Assembly: GCA_043797085.1 (NCBI GenBank)
Contig: JAZDQA010000006.1
Location: 64,001-128,000, forward strand
Length of the DNA: 64,000 bases
DNA from: Pseudomonadota bacterium
GTDB taxonomy: Bacteria; Campylobacterota; Campylobacteria; Campylobacterales; Sulfurimonadaceae
Direction: 5' to 3'
The notes below the pieces were generated by a model, which saw only the letters and a list, made by a program, of their open reading frames with translations, ran no database searches and was not told the origin of the DNA. Positions 60,018 through 64,000 of this stretch are shown here, piece by piece (position 1 is the first letter of the stretch; each line of letters starts with the position of its first letter). The translations under genes and the position numbers were made by a program.

Positions 60018-61480
60018 TGAAAGCCCGTTTGAGTTTCGTAGGAGCTGCGCTCCTCATTAGTTCTACATCGTTTGCTGCTGATACACTTTCGACGGCAATC
60101 AGTGAGGGTAAATTTACCGGAGGTGTAAGAGCACTTTACACAAATGTTAATTTCGAAAACGGCGGTGCTTTTGAAGACCGTTATGCAATCGGAACAGGAC
60201 TCAGACTTTCCTATGAGACAGCTCCGTTGTATGGTATTGCAGCAAAAGTTTCTATGTTTTCGGCAAGCGGCATGGGTTTGAATTCAAGCAATGCCAATAA
60301 AGTTGATTCGGTTTATTTTGAAAACAAACAAGTAGTCGGAACGAATACCAATAGTGTTTACGGAACAAGTGCCGACAGCTATGCTGTTTTAGGCGAAGCG
60401 TATCTCAAAGCTGCTTTCGGTAAAACATTTATTCAAGTGGGTCGAATGCAAATTGATGCTCCCTTTGCATCATCACATGATATTTACTTGGTGCCCAATA
60501 CGTTTGAAGCGGCTCAAATTGTCAATGTCAATATTCCAAATACTACATTGGTACTCGCCCATGCATCTAAGATGAGCGGTCCGGATATGGTTCAAAGCAA
60601 TAGCTTCGCAGGCTCAACGCCAGGTATCAAAGCGTCTGATTTTGTGAGTATCTCCAGAGCCTCAGCCTTCCAAGGGCTAGCGGATGGCGATGGGAAACTG
60701 AATACCGAGAAAGACACGATCGGTGCTACGGTAGCCGGAGGGATTTACACCGGATTTGAAGGACTTGTTCTTCAAGCATGGTACACCCGAGTATGGGATA
60801 TTATGGATATGCCTCATTTACAAATCGATTACAACACCAAAGTGGGTGATATCGGAGTATTCGCCGGTGCACAATGGGCAACACAAAGTGCTATCGGCGG
60901 CACGAAAGAGACGTTGGATAAACATATCGATCCGGGTCTGATTGCGCTTAACATCAAAAATATCGATGCAGAGCATACCGAAGCAAAAATCGGTGGTTCG
61001 TATAAAGGGGCTACGGCTACTTTGGCCTATGCTAACACTAAAGGGGAAGATGAAAATGCTGCACGCGGCGGATTTGTTTCTCCTGTTGGCGGAAATCCTT
61101 CTTGGGTTCGTACCCGTTATCAGTCGCCCCATTTCGGATATACAGATACGTCGTGTTATACGGGCGGAACGAAGGCATACTCGATCGGTGCAGAATACGA
61201 TTTTGGTTATACGGGGATCAGCGGTTTGAAGGGTGAAGTGAAATACCTTAACTTCAATAGAGATGAAAAATATTCATCATCACCGGGATTACTATATTAT
61301 AAATCAAATGCGTATGATGACACTGCAGCGCTTGAGGCTTCTCTTGATTATAAATCACTTTTCGGGATGAAAGGACTTGATGGCGGGGTAACACTCTTAT
61401 CCGTTGATAACAAAGATGCAGCAGGCAAAGCATCTACAGATCATACTGATTTACGCGTTGCCGTAAATTTAGCGTTCTAA
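60017..61480 (+). CDS. Outer-membrane porin (OprD-like / Campylobacterales porin)
   Basis: Signal peptide, LSYETA, LGEAYL, GRMQID.P, alternating beta pattern, terminal Phe; TAATG-coupled to pchF. Confidence 0.82.
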   Translation: MKARLSFVGAALLISSTSFAADTLSTAISEGKFTGGVRALYTNVNFENGGAFEDRYAIGTGLRLSYETAPLYGIAAKVSMFSASGMGLNSSNANKVDSVYFENKQVVGTNTNSVYGTSADSYAVLGEAYLKAAFGKTFIQVGRMQIDAPFASSHDIYLVPNTFEAAQIVNVNIPNTTLVLAHASKMSGPDMVQSNSFAGSTPGIKASDFVSISRASAFQGLADGDGKLNTEKDTIGATVAGGIYTGFEGLVLQAWYTRVWDIMDMPHLQIDYNTKVGDIGVFAGAQWATQSAIGGTKETLDKHIDPGLIALNIKNIDAEHTEAKIGGSYKGATATLAYANTKGEDENAARGGFVSPVGGNPSWVRTRYQSPHFGYTDTSCYTGGTKAYSIGAEYDFGYTGISGLKGEVKYLNFNRDEKYSSSPGLLYYKSNAYDDTAALEASLDYKSLFGMKGLDGGVTLLSVDNKDAAGKASTDHTDLRVAVNLAF

Positions 61481-61493
61481 ATCTCTCATATAA

Positions 61494-61521
61494 AGTAGAG
61501 ACGATATTTATCGTCTCTACT
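61494..61521 (+). terminator. Perfect hairpin after the porin gene
   Basis: AGTAGAGACGATA-TT-TATCGTCTCTACT followed by a T-rich tract. Confidence 0.65.
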
Positions 61522-61557
61522 CAACTTTTATCCTCTAAAATAGTACCAGGAGAGAGT

Positions 61558-61899
61558 ATGTTACTCATAGAAATATTTACAGATACCATCCTAAACAAAA
61601 AAAATCTCAAAGATTATGTAAAAATACGAAAAGAAAACAATAAACGCGGTGAATTTGATGACGCTTCGCTGATGAGAGCAGAAGAAAACCTTCAACGTCT
61701 CAAAAATGAAAATCCAGAAATTCATGATGCAATGTATGAAACTCTTGCAAAAATATATGAACGTAATATTGGGTTAACACTTGAATACCCCATTGACTTT
61801 ATTCGTCAAATTCTCAAAATGTACAATGGCTCTTTAACCCCATGCCAAGTATATGAAGAGTACCAACGGGTTTTAAACCATTATCATCATAATGCATGA
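61558..61899 (+). CDS. Hypothetical soluble protein
   Basis: 113-aa ORF with AGGAG RBS. Confidence 0.7.
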   Translation: MLLIEIFTDTILNKKNLKDYVKIRKENNKRGEFDDASLMRAEENLQRLKNENPEIHDAMYETLAKIYERNIGLTLEYPIDFIRQILKMYNGSLTPCQVYEEYQRVLNHYHHNA

Positions 61900-61914
61900 T
61901 TGAAATTTTACTTT

Positions 61915-61933
61915 TGCGAGTTTTTTGCGAGTT
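61915..61933 (+). promoter_or_regulatory. Second TGCGAGTT-N3-TGCGAGTT operator, upstream of the aldehyde dehydrogenase
   Basis: TATGAT 8 bp downstream; box starts 64 bp before ATG 61979. Confidence 0.8.
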
Positions 61934-61978
61934 AATTTATTTATGATGGACAAATAAATTAAGTCAGGAGTGTCGATT

Positions 61979-63424
61979 ATGAAAGAATACGAATTGTTTA
62001 TTAATGGAAAAAATAAACCTTCATCAAATGGAAAAATTATTGATGATATCAATCCATCAACCGGAAAAGTATTTGCCAAAGTTCATATGGCGAGTTTAGA
62101 CGATATCGAAGAAGCGATCAGTTCCGCATACGCAGCATCAAAGCTTTGGGCAAAAACTACTCCGAGAGAAAAAGAAGCTGTACTGCTAAAAGCTGCCGAT
62201 ATTTTTGAAAGTCGCTCCGATGAAATCAAAACAATATTGATGCAAGAAAGCGGTTCTGTTTATGCAAAAGCTATGTTTGAAATTGGTTTGGTTGCCGATA
62301 TTCTACGTGTAGCTGCGGGTGAAGCACGGCGCGTATTCGGTCAAACCTTTACTTCTAACGATCCAGGAGTTCTCTCTTACAGTACACGTCGTCCACTGGG
62401 AGTTATCTCTGGGATCTCTCCTTTTAATGCTCCGATGATTTTAAGTACGAAGAAATTTGCTATGGCTATTGCGGCTGGTAACGCATTTATCTTAAAACCC
62501 TCAAGCCATACGCCAATATGCGGTCTAGTTTTTGGTGAAATTTTTAAAGCAGCAGGACTTCCTGATGGTGTTTTAAATATCATTCCATGCTCAAGCTCTG
62601 TATTGGGAGAAACGTTCCAAACGGATCCTCGTATCTCTATGATTACTCTGACTGGGTCAACACGTGTCGGTAAACTTGTGGCTGCGTCGGCTGCTATGAA
62701 CTTGAAACGATGTACGGTTGAACTTGGAGGAAAGAGTCCGACTATCGTTTTGGGTGACGCTGATATTGATTATGCTGTTAATACCGCTGCGTTTAGTATC
62801 TTCTTGCACCAAGGTCAAATTTGTATGGCGGGATCAAGAATTATTGTAGAAGAAAATATTTATGATGAATTCTGCGAAAAATTTGCGGCTAAAGTTAAAA
62901 CTCTAAAAGTAGGTGATCCAGAAGATCCAACTACGATTATCGGACCGCTTATCGAAGAGGCTCAATGCCATTTTATTGATGGCTTGATCGATGATGCTGT
63001 CGCTAAGGGGGCCAAGCTTCTCTCTGGACGTGAGCATGAAGGGTGTTTTTACAAACCAACCGTTGTTTCAAACGTTACAACAGAGATGCTGATCTTCCAC
63101 GAAGAAGCCTTTGGTCCTGCTGCTGCTATTATCAAAGCACGTGATATTGATCATATTATCGAATTAGCAAATAATAGTACATACGGACTCAGTTCATCAG
63201 TTATTACGAATAATTTAAGTGCAGCTTTGAAACTTTCAGAGGAGATTCACTCAGGAATGGTACATATCAATGGACCAACCATTCAAGATGAAGCACATAT
63301 TCCATTTGGTGGAGTAAAAGAAAGCGGTATGGGTCGTGAAGGTGGTCACTTTGCGATTGAAGAGATGACGGAACTCAAATGGGTTACTGTCGAGCCGGCT
63401 GGGAACAGACATTATCCGTTTTAA
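61979..63424 (+). CDS. Aromatic aldehyde dehydrogenase (4-hydroxybenzaldehyde dehydrogenase/PchA-like)
   Basis: ISPFNAP, LTGSTRVG, ELGGKSP, FLHQGQICMA, EEAFGP, PFGGVKESG; AGGAG RBS before ATG 61979. Confidence 0.85.
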   Translation: MKEYELFINGKNKPSSNGKIIDDINPSTGKVFAKVHMASLDDIEEAISSAYAASKLWAKTTPREKEAVLLKAADIFESRSDEIKTILMQESGSVYAKAMFEIGLVADILRVAAGEARRVFGQTFTSNDPGVLSYSTRRPLGVISGISPFNAPMILSTKKFAMAIAAGNAFILKPSSHTPICGLVFGEIFKAAGLPDGVLNIIPCSSSVLGETFQTDPRISMITLTGSTRVGKLVAASAAMNLKRCTVELGGKSPTIVLGDADIDYAVNTAAFSIFLHQGQICMAGSRIIVEENIYDEFCEKFAAKVKTLKVGDPEDPTTIIGPLIEEAQCHFIDGLIDDAVAKGAKLLSGREHEGCFYKPTVVSNVTTEMLIFHEEAFGPAAAIIKARDIDHIIELANNSTYGLSSSVITNNLSAALKLSEEIHSGMVHINGPTIQDEAHIPFGGVKESGMGREGGHFAIEEMTELKWVTVEPAGNRHYPF

Positions 63425-63487
63425 TCAATAGACTCCTCTGGGGGTCTTATTGCTCCACATTTTATATCCAATCACATAGGTTTCACA

Positions 63488-64000
63488 ATGATAAATAAAC
63501 TAGCGGATATTCCGATTAACGACGTGTTAAAAAAATATATCTTTATCTTTATCGGGGCCTCTTCACTGGCACTTGGTGTCGTATTATTTTTAATTCCTAA
63601 CCATATTGTAGCTGGAGGAACTCCTGGTATATCGATAATTATAAACTATTTCACCGGAATTCCAGCAGGAATGTTGATGTTTTTAATCAATATTCCTCTG
63701 GTGCTGATGAGTATGAGATACATCAGTAGAGAGTTTGCCGTTCGTACTATTTTTTCAATCATTGTCTCTTCATCGGTGGTTGATATACTGCGTGAATACT
63801 TTCAAGTCACCGCATGGACAAATGATCCGATTTTATCCAGTATATTCGGTGGTATAGCAATTGGAATCGGTCTTGGATTTATCATTGCCGGAAACGCTTC
63901 GGCCGGAGGGCCATCTATCGTTGCCAGATTCATAGCAGATAGAATGCATTGGAAACAAAACAATGTCATCATTGCATTGGATTTCATTATTGTTATTGCT
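63488..64000 (+). CDS. YitT-family membrane protein, runs off the window end
   Basis: Manual translation from ATG 63488: FLIPNHIVAGGTPGISII...INIPL...IFGGIAIGIGLG...ASAGG..IVA. Confidence 0.8.
   Translation, partial: MINKLADIPINDVLKKYIFIFIGASSLALGVVLFLIPNHIVAGGTPGISIIINYFTGIPAGMLMFLINIPLVLMSMRYISREFAVRTIFSIIVSSSVVDILREYFQVTAWTNDPILSSIFGGIAIGIGLGFIIAGNASAGGPSIVARFIADRMHWKQNNVIIALDFIIVIA

Noticed and set aside
61494..61521. GTAGAGACG palindrome as a REP or mobile element
   Set aside because: Single copy in the window, positioned like a terminator
1..64000. Many short alternative-frame and antisense ORFs in the supplied track
   Set aside because: They lie within well-supported genes and show no recognisable motifs
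1..64000. CRISPR array, transposase, prophage, tRNA or rRNA
   Set aside because: No regularly spaced repeats, recombinase motifs or RNA-gene signatures recognised by eye; tRNAscan/Infernal were not run

Overview
Bacterial chromosome window, most likely from a Campylobacterota (Sulfuricurvum/Sulfurimonas-like) organism. This is inferred from AT-rich intergenic DNA, CheV, a Cj0069-family gene and the rny/5-formyl-THF cyclo-ligase/tlpA/ftsY/radA and fliL/acpS order. About 1-25 kb is housekeeping, motility and signalling genes. 25-40 kb is a translationally coupled alpha-glucan (glycogen) operon: nucleotidyltransferase-phosphomutase fusion, two GH57, a GalT-like protein, two glgA, glgB, pgi and a short glgP. 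It has no recognisable glgC, and its phosphorylase has Thr in place of the PLP-binding Lys. 40.5-45.7 kb holds an MCE/Mla-type ABC system, a YqiA esterase and a Cj0069-family ATP-grasp gene interrupted by an in-frame TGA. 45.9-54.5 kb is an Entner-Doudoroff operon (zwf-pgl-edd-eda-glk) with a phosphorylase-kinase alpha/beta-like GH15 gene inserted before glk. 55-64 kb is a p-cresol methylhydroxylase-type flavocytochrome cluster (cytochrome c, Tat protein, PchF-like flavoprotein, porin, aromatic aldehyde dehydrogenase) with a divergent two-component system. An identical TGCGAGTT-N3-TGCGAGTT box starts 64 bp upstream of both the cytochrome and the aldehyde dehydrogenase start codons. A ~70 bp structured element is repeated in the leaders of two unrelated genes. 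No rRNA, tRNA, CRISPR array or transposase was recognised.
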